The notes under the pieces: generated by a model | Database searches by the model: none | Told to the model about the DNA's origin: nothing | Seen by the model: only the letters and a program-made list of their open reading frames with translations | Shown: piece after piece, positions 13,553 to 28,620 of the stretch | How positions within the stretch are numbered: position 1 is the first letter of the stretch | How the letters are laid out: each line of letters begins with the position of its first letter | DNA from: Eledone cirrhosa | Lineage: Eukaryota | Direction of reading: 5' to 3' | Assembly: GCA_964016885.1 (NCBI GenBank) | Contig: OZ024743.1 | Span: forward strand, 363,506,001 to 363,570,000 | Length of the DNA stretch: 64,000 nucleotides | Program-made: the position numbers and the translations under genes

Positions 13553-15274
13553 TGAGTATTACAATCAAAAAGAATTAATAAGAATTAAAAACTAAAAATT
13601 TAAGATTTAAAATTAAGAGGGAAGCTTTTTTCATCTTCCTTGTTGAGAATATATATATTCCTTTTTCAATTTGAAAAAAACACGCCTCCATATATATATA
13701 ATAGTTGTAAATCGAAGTTTTAGTTGTTGTACAACAAGTACTATTCGAATTGTTTATATATATATGGCTAGCACAGGACGGAGTTAAACATGATAATACA
13801 ATATGAAGGCTGTATTTCATAACTTCTTTAATTATACAATGGTCATGATACTTATTTCTGTGGTGAAAGGTTTACATCATGATACCATGATGCAGTCCAT
13901 GATAAGCCGTCTTCAGATGACCATATGTAATCCATATCCAAGGCCGCGCATTGTATTGATATGGAGGCAGATTGCATTTGATGTTATTTCACAGGCCTGT
14001 CTCCATATATGTAGTAAATAATAAACCAAGGTTTATAGGTGGAATTAAGATAGTTTATTCATTTACGCGCAGTCTTTGAATCTTTTTGTTTATTTCGTAA
14101 TAAAGTAGATCGTATTAAAGTATATATATATATATATATATACAGAGAGAGAGAGAGAAGAGAGAGAGAGGGAGAGGGAGAGTATATAATCCCCATCGCC
14201 ATCAGCATAGGCTAGTATTACAAATAGATCACTCCTTAGTCTGTTGTGCTCTAGTTGTGACTATCAACAGTTATATTTAATCACTTTCTTATTGAAGTTT
14301 TTATTACACCAATATTTCTGGAATAGTCTGCTCCTTACACGTTAGATTTTATCAATAGACCATTCCGTTGATCGAAAAACTAGATACCTCATCGTCGAAA
14401 CCGATGAAAATCCATTACAGAACCAGTTTCATATCACAGTAAACATCAATAAAAAATGGCAAATGTTGTGTAATATATACTTGCAAAGTATTTAAGTACT
14501 TTTCAATAACAATATTAAAAACCATCATTTTGTCAGCCAGTGCTCAAAATAGATAAATTGACTTTCATGAGTTTCGACTATGAGTTAACGTAACGGCCTA
14601 CTCATTAAATTGACGTCTAAGTTGCTGAGTATTCCACAGACACGAGTACCTTTAATGTAGTTCTCAGGGAGATTCAGCATGACACAGTGTGAAGTGAATT
14701 ACAACTACAGTACATCTGACAGGTTTCCACATAGCTTTCGTTTACCCAATGTCCTTTACAAGGCTTGGGCCGAACTGGTGCTCAGAAAAAGACACTTCAC
14801 CAAGATGCCACAAGTGGAACCGAACCCGTAACTTCGTGGCTTCAAGGTGAACTTCTTAACTATTAAATCATGTTCTATTCATCAACTAGTTCTTATGGCA
14901 CTCTCAAAAGACAATCCAGTCGTGTAAATCTTAAGTGTAAGATGAAAATAATCTTTTAATGTCCTAGTCATAGCGTTCTTTCTGGTGTTGTATTGCACTC
15001 AGGATCTACAGCTTATTTATCAGGAATTCTTTAAAATGACCTTAAATGCCCCTTGTTTCCGTTTGTTTGCTCATTAGTAAATTTTTTATGAGGTTCACAT
15101 TCATGCTAGACAATCTGATTAACACAACTCATACATGACGTCAAGACATGCAATTGGGCCATAATCGTGTTTGTTTTAGTATTCAACGAGTCAGTGCAGG
15201 GTGTGTATTGGAAGAATGAATATATGTGTGTGTGTGAGTTTGGCATTTACACACACACACTCACACACACACAT

Positions 15275-15413
<139 letters not shown>

Positions 15414-17109
15414 GAGAGAGAAAGAGAGAGGTGAGAGGTTGATAGATATGTATGTATGTTGGTATGTATGCATATATATGGTTGTCAGAGTTTATAACAT
15501 ATATATATATATATACAAACATGTTTGTGTAAATATATATATACATATATATAAACATATATATACATGGGGGAGTGTATCTATGCATATGTGAGCGAGC
15601 GTGTGTGTCTGTGTGTGAGTGTGCGCGCGTGAATGAGTTTGTGTATAATGTATGTATTTATATGAATATGTTTGTATGTATTTATGTAAACATCAATATG
15701 TCCGCGTGTGCTACCTAGGGTATTCAGGTGTACTATGAGACATATTCGTGTGTGCATACATGACGGGCATATTTACCAATTACAAGTAGCTGTCGTTTAA
15801 TTCTATCGTATACACTTATACAACGTATTTAGTTGATAGTTACTGTATCATATATCAAACTCTCGTGTTACCTCTCTGTGTGTTTAGCACCCCTGACATG
15901 AAAGTTCATAGTGAATAAACAAAAGCTGGGAAAGTTGAATCTAAATATAAACAGAAGATTCTATCAAACAAGTATTTATAGATGACAGCATTTCATCTAC
16001 AGGAGGAAAGCCGAGTATACCCCAACTGATCACTTTAATGAGCTATAAATGGTTAGAAGTGACTTGTTAGAAAAGGTAGATGTCACTGGAAAAATTAATT
16101 ATGCGACAGTGTCTATTCAGAGAGGATGCAAGTATGGCTGGGTGGTTAAGACGTGTCAATCACAATATCACGGTTCCTGTTTTGGTCCCATTGAATGGCA
16201 TTTTGGGCAAATGTCTTTAGCATAGCCATGCGTGGATCCATGCTTTGTGATTTAAATCAGGTAGACAGAAACTGTTTGGACTGCCCTTGTAATTCAAAGT
16301 ACCAGTCTTGTTACATATTGTGACACATTGAATCTTCCTGAAAATGATGTACCACTTGTCCATTTATCTTTTTTCTATTCAGAGGAAATATACTTAATTG
16401 GTTCAGAATGCAGACTACCACCCGAAGGGTCATGAGCTCGTATCTCCTGGTTGAGGATATCTCCACACTCCCTTTCACAAGTCGGAGGGGGGCTCAAAAA
16501 CCTCACGAATAAAAAAAAAAAGCTAATGAATTAATGATACATGTATCGTAAGTTCAAACCTTGCTATTTGCATTTCCTTCTATACATAAGTATAAATTGA
16601 CATTTTTAAAAATAGTGTTTTAGTTAGTGAAGGAAAGACAGTACCCATAACGCTTTTAAGAGTCTCACAGACTGGAGATGGGAAGAGAAAGGTATCCTAA
16701 AAGGCCTGGTTCGAATGCTTGCAGCAGAGTATACTCAGTTAAAGATGAAACTCAAATTTGAGCTGGTTTGAATTGAACACAGAACGCAAAAAGCAGGAAT
16801 GGCATTTTGTACAACTTTCTAAAAAATCAGTAGACTGGTATATTATTTTATCCACATCGAAAGGATGAAAGGCAAATTTGACTTCGGCGTGATTAGAACT
16901 CAGAACACAAAACGCTAAGACAAATATGCCTGAATTTTGAAAATAGGTGAAACTATTCTTCATGTGTCACATATAATACATTCGCGTTCGATTCAGGAAA
17001 AGTGGGATCATTTTATTAACACTAAGGTTATATTAGAAGATATACACCTAACAAACAGGGGATAAATATAACAAAGTTTAAAACCATAACAAAATAAATA
17101 TGTAAATAG

Positions 17110-17304
17110 TTATTTCTACTTTTGGCACAAGGCCAGCAATTAGGCCAGTGCATTACTGGTACTTTATTTGATCGACCCTGTAAGGATGAAAGGCAAAGTT
17201 AACCTCGGTGGGATTTGAACTCAGAACTCAGAACGAAAAGGGCCATAACTCTGTGTTCCAAAGCATGGTGTCTGACGCTCTACCGATACTGCCAATCCAC
17301 CGCC
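17110..17304 (-). mobile_element. Full-length SINE family A
   Basis: A-box-like tggcagtatcggtagagc, B-box gagttcaaatcc, central gcctttcatcctta..ggtcga domain, AT-rich tail. Confidence 0.85.
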
Positions 17305-17719
17305 AATTCGCCGTTATAATAATGACCAATAGTGACAGTGGTAATTGTTGTGGTGATGTTAGTGGTGATGAATTTTATCTCATTATCGTTCTCTCGTCTT
17401 TTTCTCTAACCTTTTGTATATCCCTTTATCTCTCAACCTTGGTAGGTAGCAGACCTATTTTTTTCAGCTCCGCAATCCAATCACATTTTTATAATGAAAG
17501 TCAAATTTTCCAATTGTTTCAATTTTTCCAGTGTTGGCTTGTTGCACAGTGTATATGCTAAGTCCATTATCTATTTATTTCTGGAATTTCTTTACGTATT
17601 TTGTTTTATCGGAACACATCCTCTCCATTTTTGTTGTGTTGTCGTCTGACATGCATCTTACCAACGGAATGGTTCTTCAATCTGTTGTACAAACTGGCAG
17701 TATAACTGCAATACCACTT

Positions 17720-18383
17720 TCTTCTTTTTCACCCATCTATTTATGGAAGGGTTATGGGGGCAGAGTCCTCAGACACGCCTTCAAGAGGATCCTATCAAAT
17801 GCAACCATCTCCAATTTGATCCGACTGGATCCCAAGTGAAAACTGCTGAGCTCATGAATGTTATCCAGCCATCTTGCTTGTGAACTACCATTGGATCTTT
17901 TGCCGGTTGGCCTTGCCCGTACAATCTATCCAGCTTTTCTTTCCTTAGAGATTCTAATCACATGCCCATAGTTTGTACATATACTACGACACTGACTTCG
18001 ATTCTACTTTCTCTCTCCCTTTATAACTACTCTCTGAGCGACAGTAGTTATAACCCTAAAAGAAGAACAGATCAACAACATCGGTTACTACTGAGCCGCA
18101 GGTTTTATATCGGAGTTATCCCAGTCTCCAGAGTTACCTTCTCCTAGAAGAATGCCCTGACAAAGGCTAGGGGTCATTCACTCCCAGTGGTTTAACCGCG
18201 CGATCAGGTGTCCAGCCCGATTATTTCTATGTCCCCGCGCATATACATACACATGCACCCTGTATATACACATATACATATACATACATATGTACATGTG
18301 TGTATACATATTTACACACTTTGGGATGGCCGTTGACTCTTATGAGTTCTTCCACCCTTTGTCAGGTTTTGGTTTTAGTCCTG
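17720..18383 (-). mobile_element. Internally deleted RTE-like element (5' region joined to ORF C-terminus)
   Basis: 18030-18383 is the reverse complement of 8710-9035; 17740-17975 resembles the decayed GHV.R...RW.D RTE C-terminal region. Confidence 0.45.
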
Positions 18384-18879
18384 CATACATACATACATAC
18401 ATACATACATACATACATACATACATACATACATACATACATACATACACAATTCCTCATTCACACTCAATCACGCACCAATTCAGAAAATCTGAGATCA
18501 TTAATGTATATTTAATGTGTGTGCAGCATGTGCAATGTGCGTATGTGTGTGCGTGTGTGTGTGTGCATATGTGTGTCGTGTGAGTGGATGTGGGAGAGAG
18601 TTTTTATGAACGCACGTGTGCGATATCTTGACTATGTTTTATGTACCTTGTGTATGTTCGTATGTATGTGTCTGTTTACATGCATGTGTCTGTGTGGATA
18701 TTGTTTGTGTGTATGCCTGTGTGAGTATATGTTTCTTTGGTTGCACGTGTTTTTCTCTGTGTGCGCAGGCGCGAATTTGTTTGGGGAAGTATGTGTTAGT
18801 TTGTATGCACGTGTTTGTATGCATACGTGCGTCTGTGTGTTCGTCTATGTGTTTGTGTATGTGTGTGTGTCAATGTATG

Positions 18880-18928
<49 letters not shown>

Positions 18929-19312
18929 TTTAGTGTATGTGTGTCTGTGTGAGTATTTATATGTGCGTTTGTGTATGTGTGTGTGTATGTGTCTGTGTGT
19001 GTGAGTGTATGTGTGTGAGTGTGTGATCTGTTGATTTAATCGTTCCCCGTGATATAGTTTTGTCCCTGTGTTCTCTTCCCCCAAAAGAGGTCGTTAATAG
19101 ATCAAGGGAGGCGGTGCCTATCAATAAGGTCCTCTGAAGCCGTTTTATAAAAGGTTAAGTGGGTGTTCGGTAGTGGGGGATCGCCGACTTTCATCTTGCT
19201 AAGTAATCGCCGAACATTATCACCTTGATTTTGTAGTGAGTGTAACATCCCACTGGAGGGCGTCTAATGGCAGTTAATACAGTTGTCATTGACTACTTAT
19301 TGATCAATCTAA

Positions 19313-19763
19313 CATAGGGGTCTCAAACGCGTGGTGCAAGGCCCGCAAGCTACTTTTCTATGACCCGCGGCAGAATAATTTTCTTAAAGCAAGGTAAGTT
19401 GTCCATGGCTCCTTCCATACCTTTGCAATTTGCCCGTGAAATACAATAAAATGGGGGAAGGGGGCGGAATTTATGTAAAGCGGAAACGAAAAACAAAAAA
19501 GGAATTTTTCAAAAGTAAAAAAGTAATTAAGGAAAAATTGAAACGGAAAATTTGTCCCATTACGTTTTGTACTTATTTACATATTCCACTTGATATGATA
19601 TGCATATTCATTATGCTGAGAAAAAAAAAAAAAATCCTAACCGCTGCATTGCAGATTAGAGCTATAACAGATAGAAATTACTCCCCCTTCATCTCAATTT
19701 TGGCACTGTGCTTCTTCCCCAGGACGTAACGGCCATTCTGAGTCATTGAACTTCAGACCCATG
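19313..19763. mobile_element. hAT-type MITE
   Basis: taggggtctcaaac ... cttcagacccatg ends, subterminal ggcccgc motifs, tctaac/tctagc flanks. Confidence 0.55.
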
Positions 19764-20449
19764 GTCTAGCACATGTTACTCATTCTACCCCATAGCATTT
19801 TAAAATACTGCTTACCGTTACATAATTTGGAAGAGAGGTATAGATGCAGTTAGTAATGTTAGTTGTTATTTTCTCTTTTTAATGTGAACATTGCATAGCC
19901 GAAGGGTGAAGGGGTTCGCTTAGCGATCATAAGTTCCTGGGTTCAATCTCGTTGCATGACATCTGAAGCAAGTGTCATTTGCCATAACATTGTATATTGC
20001 ATATGGGCATACTGATGATTTTGTGTATGTGCCTGCATAAGTAAGAATTGTTCTGTCTGCACGTGCTTTCTGCATGTCCAAATATGTGTGGGGACGTATC
20101 TGTGCGTGTGTATGCACGTGTTTGTATGCATATGTATATGTGAATAAGGAATTGGGTACAACTGTGTATATGTAAGTTGACGGAAGCTGTTTGAAAGCCT
20201 ATAGAGTGGACTACATATGCAATTCGCGCAATGTCGGGTTGAATTACGTTAAGTATACGCGCATCATCTTGAATGTTAATTTCATGAGCAAGCTGTCCAG
20301 TTGATCGCACAATGGAAAATACCGGAACAATAATCGTCGAAACCGATGGAAATCCATACCACTCCCTTTCCAGTTGATCTTAACACTTTTTTTCTTCGCC
20401 GTCCACTTCAATGACCTTACATCGAACTCTTCCATCTGTCTTCTGTTGT

Positions 20450-20850
20450 CTTCCGTTTATAGAAAGGGCTAAACATATAGATATACAAGAGCTAAGGACA
20501 ACAAAAACAAAACACGGGAAAATGTTTTACCATATGTGTCAACATTCAACCCCCAAAATATTGAAATTTTTAGCTACCTCTTCAAAAATGTTACTATTCT
20601 ATATGAAGATGAAAAAATTCAAAAAATTCTAGAAACACATAAAATCATTAAAAGTGAAAGACAGCCCAAATCCCTAATACATTTCCTTACTGGGGCAAAA
20701 ACTCACAAACAAATCTCCAACATCGTTGTTACAAAATATGGAAGAAAAGATTGTGGTACCTGCCTATACCTAATTGAAGGAATAGAATTCAAATTTCAGG
20801 AGGGAAAACCCTTCAGAATAAAAGAAACTCCTGCAACTCAGAAAAACTAA
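20450..20850 (+). pseudogene. Penelope-like element fragment (RT thumb to Cys-rich linker)
   Basis: STFNPQN...KSERQPKSL...KYGRKDCGTCLYL. Confidence 0.65.
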
Positions 20851-20969
20851 ACATATATAGAAATATATGTTTATACATATATTTGTATTTATATTTTTAT
20901 CTTTACTTCCCTTATTCTGGATTTTACCTGCAAACCCTAAAAATAATCTCGATCTATTGACACAATGGA

Positions 20970-21112
<143 letters not shown>

Positions 21113-21129
21113 AAACACACACACATACA

Positions 21130-21169
<40 letters not shown>

Positions 21170-21310
21170 GACAGACGAAACATTTTATATCCATTCTTAG
21201 CTATTTTTAACTATTTTTCCTTACTTTCACAAACTATGATAATACCTTTGACACAAACGTTTGACTCAATTGAACCCCACGTAAATGCGCATACACAAGA
21301 ACATGCTATC

Positions 21311-21492
21311 TGGGCCGGCAGTATTGGTAGAGGGTCAGACATGCTTTCCAGCGTAGTTACGTCCCTTTACGATCTGAATTCAAATGCCGCCGAGGTTAAC
21401 TTTGCCTTTCATCCTTACGGGGTCGATAAAATAAAGTACCAGTAATGTACTGGTGAATTGCTGGCCTTGTGCCAAAAGTAGAAACAATTATT
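21311..21492 (+). mobile_element. SINE family A
   Basis: Same head, central and tail motifs as 17110-17304. Confidence 0.85.
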
Positions 21493-22106
21493 ATGAATAT
21501 AAAAGAATATTCTATTTTAATCAAGTGAATTCAATTAAATCCTGATCTGTTGAATCTCATTTGACCACCTTATATAAAGAACTTATATATAAGAATACAT
21601 TTTTGACAGAAAATTCACATATGTTCTAATTGCTCACAGAATATGAGAACAAACCTTTTCAAATATTTAATAAGATTGATATACAAATCGAAACCGCTAA
21701 TATTTGACGACATTTAAATCCACTTAAAGAGACCAAACATGCAGATTTGTCCCCAATGGCTGCGCCCTAGGCTCAGAGTCCAATCATCCTCACCATTTTT
21801 CTGTGACACTAGAGCCCTTGCCTTTTCCTTCCTTTTCCATTTTAAAAAATATTTTCTTATTTTATATTCCATTCATTATATAAGATATCAGATATCCTAT
21901 TATCTTTATAAATAAAACTCGAATGGTGAACAAATTTAACACTTATAAAATTATTCATTCTGTTGGAATAAATAAAAACAATCTTTGAATATACTTCTGT
22001 ACTCTTTCACTGTTAATTTTTACCTATAACGTTTGATTTGTATGGAAACTTATCCCTCTTTTCAACAGTGTATATATATATATATACACTGTTGAAAAGA
22101 GGGATA

Positions 22107-22143
<37 letters not shown>

Positions 22144-22153
22144 TGTTGAAAAG

Positions 22154-22199
<46 letters not shown>

Positions 22200-22411
22200 T
22201 GTTGAAAAGAGGGATATATATATATATATATACACTGTTGAAAAGAGGGATATATATATATATATATATATATGTATAGTAAATGAGTGAAGAATAACGT
22301 GGTCAGCTGTACAATAGGGTTTATTTAAAGTATTAACAATTGTTTCATATGTCCGGTGTGTCTAAACGATCTCCCCTCACTCCCTCTCGGAGTTCCTCCT
22401 CCTACCCACCA

Positions 22412-22450
22412 CTCTCCTGGTGAAGGGCTTATGCCCGAAACGTCGTACCC
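22412..22450 (+). ncRNA. Minimal PLE-type hammerhead motif, core mutated (CUGGUGA)
   Basis: CUGGUGA-A-GGGC-UUAU-GCCC-GAAAC-GUC. Confidence 0.55.
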
Positions 22451-22521
22451 CCACTCTCAATAAGCGTGAACATAATACCGTTCGTAACTCGTACTCCTGT
22501 GTTGTTGTTTTTTTACTTTCC

Positions 22522-22661
<140 letters not shown>

Positions 22662-23815
22662 GTTCTGTCGGTGAGGATGGGCCTTGCGGTACTTGGCATT
22701 CCAAACAAGTGGAATTTCAGCGCCCACAAAGACTGATGAATGCCATGGCTGATGACTCCGGCTCTCGAAGTCTTACATACCGCTGTAATTCGGCGTAAGC
22801 TAGTGACTACTGATGATGAGTAATAACCCTGAAATACCTGTATGCAGCGGGGAAGCTGTGATCATATCACAGCTTAAAATACTCGCAGTGAGACTATAAA
22901 TATATGTTTATTTTATATAAACATATTGTATGTAAGACTATATACGCCTTTATTCTGTGTTAGTACTATCCTAAATGCCAGGTCGCTCTCGATCTCTACT
23001 GGTAACATGTAAACCAGTACAATCTGTCACATAGTTTGGTCATTGGTATTACACTGGCAACCCCGCCAAGTGCTTGCATGCCGAGGCGATTGGTTTTGGA
23101 GGCCGTGCGGAATGAAAGACAAAATCCGTCATAGGGTGGTGGAACTTATGAGGGACAACGGCTATCCAGTAGTGTGCAAAATCAAAATGAGATAGACAGA
23201 GCTCGTTTTGCCTTGGTAGGCAGTCTGTCTATGAGAAGTGTCTCTTTGATTTCAAATGGTCAATGGCTGCATCCTTGTGATGAAGACAGATGAGCTTCGT
23301 CTTGGTAACTAGCTGCTGAATAATGAACGGACGAGGAATCGGGACCCACCAACGTCACGTTTTTTCTGGATGAGAATCATAGACATACACCTTCATATAG
23401 ATGAGCATTAGTGTAATTGTCCATTGTCCCCAACCCTCAACAATGAGGTTGAGAAGATACCAGCCCAGCCATCACTAAATAGAATAATTTATTGTCTTTG
23501 TATTTGGTAGATCGCAAATACATAGTGTGGCGCTCCCTACCAAGTTGTTGACATCATCGCATTGGGCCCTAGAAACTGATCTTTGATATTTGATCTTAAT
23601 CAGGCGAACGACAACAACCCGAGATAGTTTCATGCGCAAGAAGAAGATAAAGGGCAACTGTTCCAGTTGTCAGTTTCTTTCACTTGGCTCTGATAGAAGT
23701 AAAGGGAAAGAAACCCCAGTATTTATGAAACGGCATTAGACTATGAGAAAATGTGAAAGTTGTGTATGTTGTGATCGAAGTGAAAGTGACTTCTGCTGGA
23801 ATTTAACCTATAAAC

Positions 23816-24102
23816 CAGGCATGAGCAACCTTTTTCGAAAAGCGGGCCGCATGAGATATGGCTCGTCGTCAGGTGGGCCGCAAGCGCTAATTTACATTCG
23901 TCCGCACATAAAAAAGGGCGGTAACTCAGGTTGTTTTGATTTGTTTCTTCAGACTTCGTACACGTTGTTTTCCTAGATCGTTAAAATGATAGAAAGATAA
24001 ATTACAACTGAAAAATTGGGGTAAAAAATCAGAAAGATTTCACTTAGGTGACTTGGGGGAGCCATTCAGAAAGCTTCGCAGGCCGCAGGTTGCCCATGAC
24101 TG
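23816..24102. mobile_element. hAT-type MITE
   Basis: TIRs CAGGCATGAGCAACC / GGTTGCCCATGACTG; 8-bp TSD ctataaac / ctgtagac. Confidence 0.8.
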
Positions 24103-24411
24103 CTGTAGACATTGATTTCTACTATAGTGCCACGGTTCCACGTCTAGAATAATAAAGATCATGTTGTGAAGTTCAGCCTTTTTTCAAAACTTAGTACCAC
24201 TTTGATAGTGTAGAGTATTTCCTTTATTTTTCATACACAAGCATACATTTACATGCAAGCACGTAATACCCCCCCCCCCCAACCATCTGCCACACACACA
24301 CTACGACATGTACAGCTAACCATGTTTGAATATTTACAGAAATATAAAAAAGGCACACACACACACACATACACACGCACACATACACACACATACGTGT
24401 GTGTATATATT

Positions 24412-25090
24412 CACCAACACTACAACCATCACTAACACCACAACTACCACTGCCACCATCATTACGGCTACCAACACTATCACCACCACTAACACCACCA
24501 TCACCACCACAGCCATCACCACCACCACTAACACCACCATCACCACCACCAAAACCACCACCACAACCACCACCACCACCACCACCGCTAGCACCACCAC
24601 CAACAGCACTAACACCACCACCACAGCCATCACCACCACCACCACCACCACCACCACCACCACCAACACCACCACTACCGCCACCACCACCACCACCACC
24701 ACCGCTAGCACCACCACCAACAGCACCAACACCACCACAGCCATCACCACCAACACCACCACCAATACCACCACCACCACAACCATCACCATCACCACCA
24801 CCACCATCACCACCACCACCACCACCACCACCACCACCACCACAGCCATCACCACCACCACCACCACCACCACCACCACCACCACCACTACCACCAACAA
24901 CAACAACACCACCACCACCACCACAACCATCACCACCACCACCACCACCACCACAGCCATCACCACCATCACCACCATCACCACCATCACCACCAACACC
25001 ACCACCACCACCACAACCATCACCACCACCACCACCACCACAGCCATCACCCCCACCAATAACAACAACAACAACAACAGCAGCAACAGT
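24412..25090. repeat. ~680-bp compound (ACC/CAC)n trinucleotide tract
   Basis: Direct reading; explains the poly-P/T/G/V ORFs. Confidence 0.95.
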
Positions 25091-25800
25091 AGTCACAGAT
25101 ACTATCATCACTGCCAACCAAATTCCCTGACCTAAACTAAGGGCAAAAGTAAATGAAGCCCTTAATAGTTTAGTGCGAACACAATGTAAGATCGTTAAAT
25201 GTGTCAAGCATGATGACCTATGAGAGAGCCTAGCTTAATAATCCATCATGGCAGCCTTAGTCTTAACTAATTAGTCAACATTTTACAGATATTGCTAGTA
25301 TCCCCCCCCCCCCCCCCAGTTTAGTGATGTCTTTAGTGTAAATCTTACTTCTGTTCTCTTCACTCAGCCCACTCCTACTACCTAATGTACTAAGTATGTG
25401 AGGAGTCGCATGAGAAATAAGTCTATCTGTAAAATCTGATACCAGCGTGGGAGGTTAACTTGCTTCCCACGTAACAAGGGTTGAAAGAAGGGTGACGTTT
25501 GTTGAAATACTATATCTTCGACCATTATATAGGATTGATAGTCAAACAATTGATTAAAAACATTAGAACTAGAAATAAACATGAGAGAGAAAGCGATGTC
25601 TCTTGTCTCTGTTACGGTAAGCAAAAGACAGTAAATAAGATTTGTAAAACAAGATAAGTTGGTATCTCGTGAGGAGAGGTCAGTTTTGGGGTTTCGCGTT
25701 AAGGGCTTTACGAGGCCTCACGGTACACTAACTTATATCATTTTACGAACTAAATCGGTTCGATATATGTGCGCACGTGAGTGAGTGAGTGAGTGCATGG

Positions 25801-25898
<98 letters not shown>

Positions 25899-26271
25899 TT
25901 GTGTCAAATTGGTTGTGAAATTATCCCACGCACTCGTGTGATACCACTAGAGAGATATCACTGGATTGGCTATATTGTGATCAGTTGTAACCACCATGCT
26001 GGCTTCAAAAGCAGTGAAATGCATACAATAAGAAACCGGCAGAGAATTGACCTGTAGACTCGTAAGATCGTATGCCAAAATTGCCTTGTGGTATTTGCTC
26101 CGACTCTCTATGCTCTGTTCCAAAATTCCAACGGGGTCAACTTTGTCTTTCGTCTATGTGGGGTCGGTTAAATAAAGTACAATTGAACTTTACTCTGTCC
26201 ACTGTAACAAGTTGCTTTATTCATGGCCTTACGCTTACACACTACATACAAATACATACAAAAACACATAT

Positions 26272-26314
26272 GTATATTTATATATGTGTATATATGTATT
26301 TATGTGTATATATG

Positions 26315-26345
<31 letters not shown>

Positions 26346-27048
26346 ATGAATGAATGCAAGCATGAATATATGCATGCATGCATATGTATGTACGTACGTA
26401 CGTATGTATGTATGTATGTATGTATGTATGTATGTATGTATGTATGTATGTATGTTCGTATGCTTGTTTGTATGTATATGCATGTAGCATGTATGTATGC
26501 GTGTGTGCGTGCATAAACTAGAAATGAAACAAATATTTATATATGTTTATATATGTATTTATATGTATATATGTATATATATATATGTGTGTGTGTGATT
26601 GTGTGTGTGTGTGTATGAATGAATGCAAGCATGAATATATGCATGCATACATATGTATGTACGTACGTACGTATGTATGTATGTATGTATGTATGTATGT
26701 ATGTATGTATGTATGTATGTATGTATGTATGTATGTTCGTATGCTTGTTTGTATGTATATGCATGTAGCATGTATGTATGCGTGTGTGCGTGCATAAACT
26801 AGAAATGAAACAAATATTTATATATGTTTATATATGTATTTATATGTATATATGTATATATATATATGTGTGTGTGTGATTGTGTGTGTGTGTGTATGAA
26901 TGAATGCAAGCATGAATATATGCATGCATACATATGTATGTACGTACGTACGTATGTATGTATGTATGTATGTATGTATGTATGTATGTATGTATGTATG
27001 TATGTATGTATGTATGTACGTACGTACGTATGTATATATGTATGTATG

Positions 27049-27082
<34 letters not shown>

Positions 27083-27183
27083 TGTATGTATGTATGTATG
27101 TATGTTCGTATGCTTGTTTGTATGTATATGCATGTAGCATGTATGTATCCGTGTGTGCGTGCATAAACTAGAAATGAAACAAA
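26272..27183. repeat. Three tandem ~281-370-bp units built of TATG microsatellite plus unique linkers
   Basis: gcataaactagaaatgaaacaaa recurs at ~26511, ~26792 and ~27161. Confidence 0.85.
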
Positions 27184-27384
27184 CGTTTGAAATAAGTCTC
27201 AGTGGGATTCTGTGAATGCTATATTCATCAAAGTCATACTGAGTGTACGATGACATGATCTAATGCACGGATTAGTAAGTACACAACTACCATAATGATG
27301 GTAGAATACAATAATATATTTACAATATTGTCTATAGCACAGCTAAATTGCATTATAGTTAATTCAATTGAGATAGGTGTAGAA

Positions 27385-27735
27385 GGGCGATGGATTTGCA
27401 GATATTAAGCGTAGAATAAAATACTTTGCGGTATACAGTTACGATGTCAACGTTGCTTTTCATCTTTCGGGGTCAATGAAATAAAGTACCAGTAAAGTAC
27501 TGGGGTGGATTTGATCGACTAGCCTCTCTCTCCAAATTTTTGGACTTATGTTTATGATGTGGATTGGCAGAGCCGCTTGTCAGAAAAACATGCGTTAAGT
27601 AGTTAGTTACCGAGGTCAATTTTGCCTCTCTGTGGTCGATAAAATAAAGTATCAGTCAAGTACTGAAATCTATTTCATTGACTTTCCCTTCCCCTAAAAT
27701 AATAGATAATATACTTTTAATTAGAAACCATTATT
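27385..27735 (+). mobile_element. Two old SINE family A copies
   Basis: Diverged gtggattggcag heads and ggtcgataaaataaagtaccag cores. Confidence 0.6.
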
Positions 27736-28369
27736 ATAATTTGCTTTCACTGTTGTCGAACGAGTTTTCGATTCTCTCTCAACATTTAAGAAACTACATA
27801 GGAATTAGTTTTTATGCGCATCTTTTATGAAAAGATGTTGACAGCTATTTCTTGCTTTACTTTCCCCGTTTAGAAAATAAAAGACAACAAACTAACAATA
27901 ACCTTCTGGATAAAGTTTTTCTGCCTCTAGTAAATTAACAATGCAGAAATGCCCATAAAAACAAATTGTTTTTACAGGGATAAACAGAAAAAAAGGCACA
28001 CAAATTCAATTCTGCAGAAGAATATAGATTTAAGGAGGGACTGCATAGATTTAAGGAGGGACTGAGAAAGTGTCCATATTTAAATGTTAGCTGCGAAATA
28101 AAAAATATATTTGTTAAACAATTTAATTTTCTTAATGAATTTATTTTATTCAATGTGTTGTTGCTGATGATAATTATGATGGCGCTGCTGCTGTTGATGA
28201 TGGTGATAAGGAGAAAAAAGTGTAGGAGGAGGAAAAGCGGGAGTGAGGAAGAGGAGAGCGAAGCGTAGAATAGTGATGAGGATGAGAGTAGTGCTGAGAA
28301 TGATGGTCATCATAACGATGTCTAATTTTAGTCTAAAAAGTCTAAAGTCTGTCTTAGGCCAGAAGGCAC

Positions 28370-28620
28370 ATTTGGCCGGTGCTTATCCCGGTTTCATGGC
28401 GTGAAGCGACTGAGAGTACAAGACTCCCCCCCCCCCCTGGACAGGACGCCAGTCCATCGCAGGGTTAAACCTCCAGCTATTACTAGTACTCATTTTCAGC
28501 TGAGTAAACTGGAGCAACGTGAAATGAAGTGTTTTGCTCAAGAACACAACACGCAACCCAGGAATCGAACCCACGACATTATGATCGTAAGTCCAACACT
28601 CTTACCACTAGGCCTCCACC
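28370..28620 (-). mobile_element. tRNA-derived SINE family B
   Basis: ggcctagtggtaagagtg...gggttcgattcc head, ttcttgagcaaaacactt core, gatggactggcgtcctgtccag tail. Confidence 0.8.

Noticed and set aside
22085-22252. CRISPR-like repeat-spacer pattern
   Set aside because: Spacers are pure (TA)n, there are no cas genes, and the context is eukaryotic
24224-25207. Gly-rich or extensin/formin-like Pro-rich protein
   Set aside because: The (ACC)n tract is open in several frames on both strands, with no unique domain
28540-28620. tRNA genes at SINE heads
   Set aside because: Only A/B boxes are retained and they continue into SINE bodies; no complete cloverleaf
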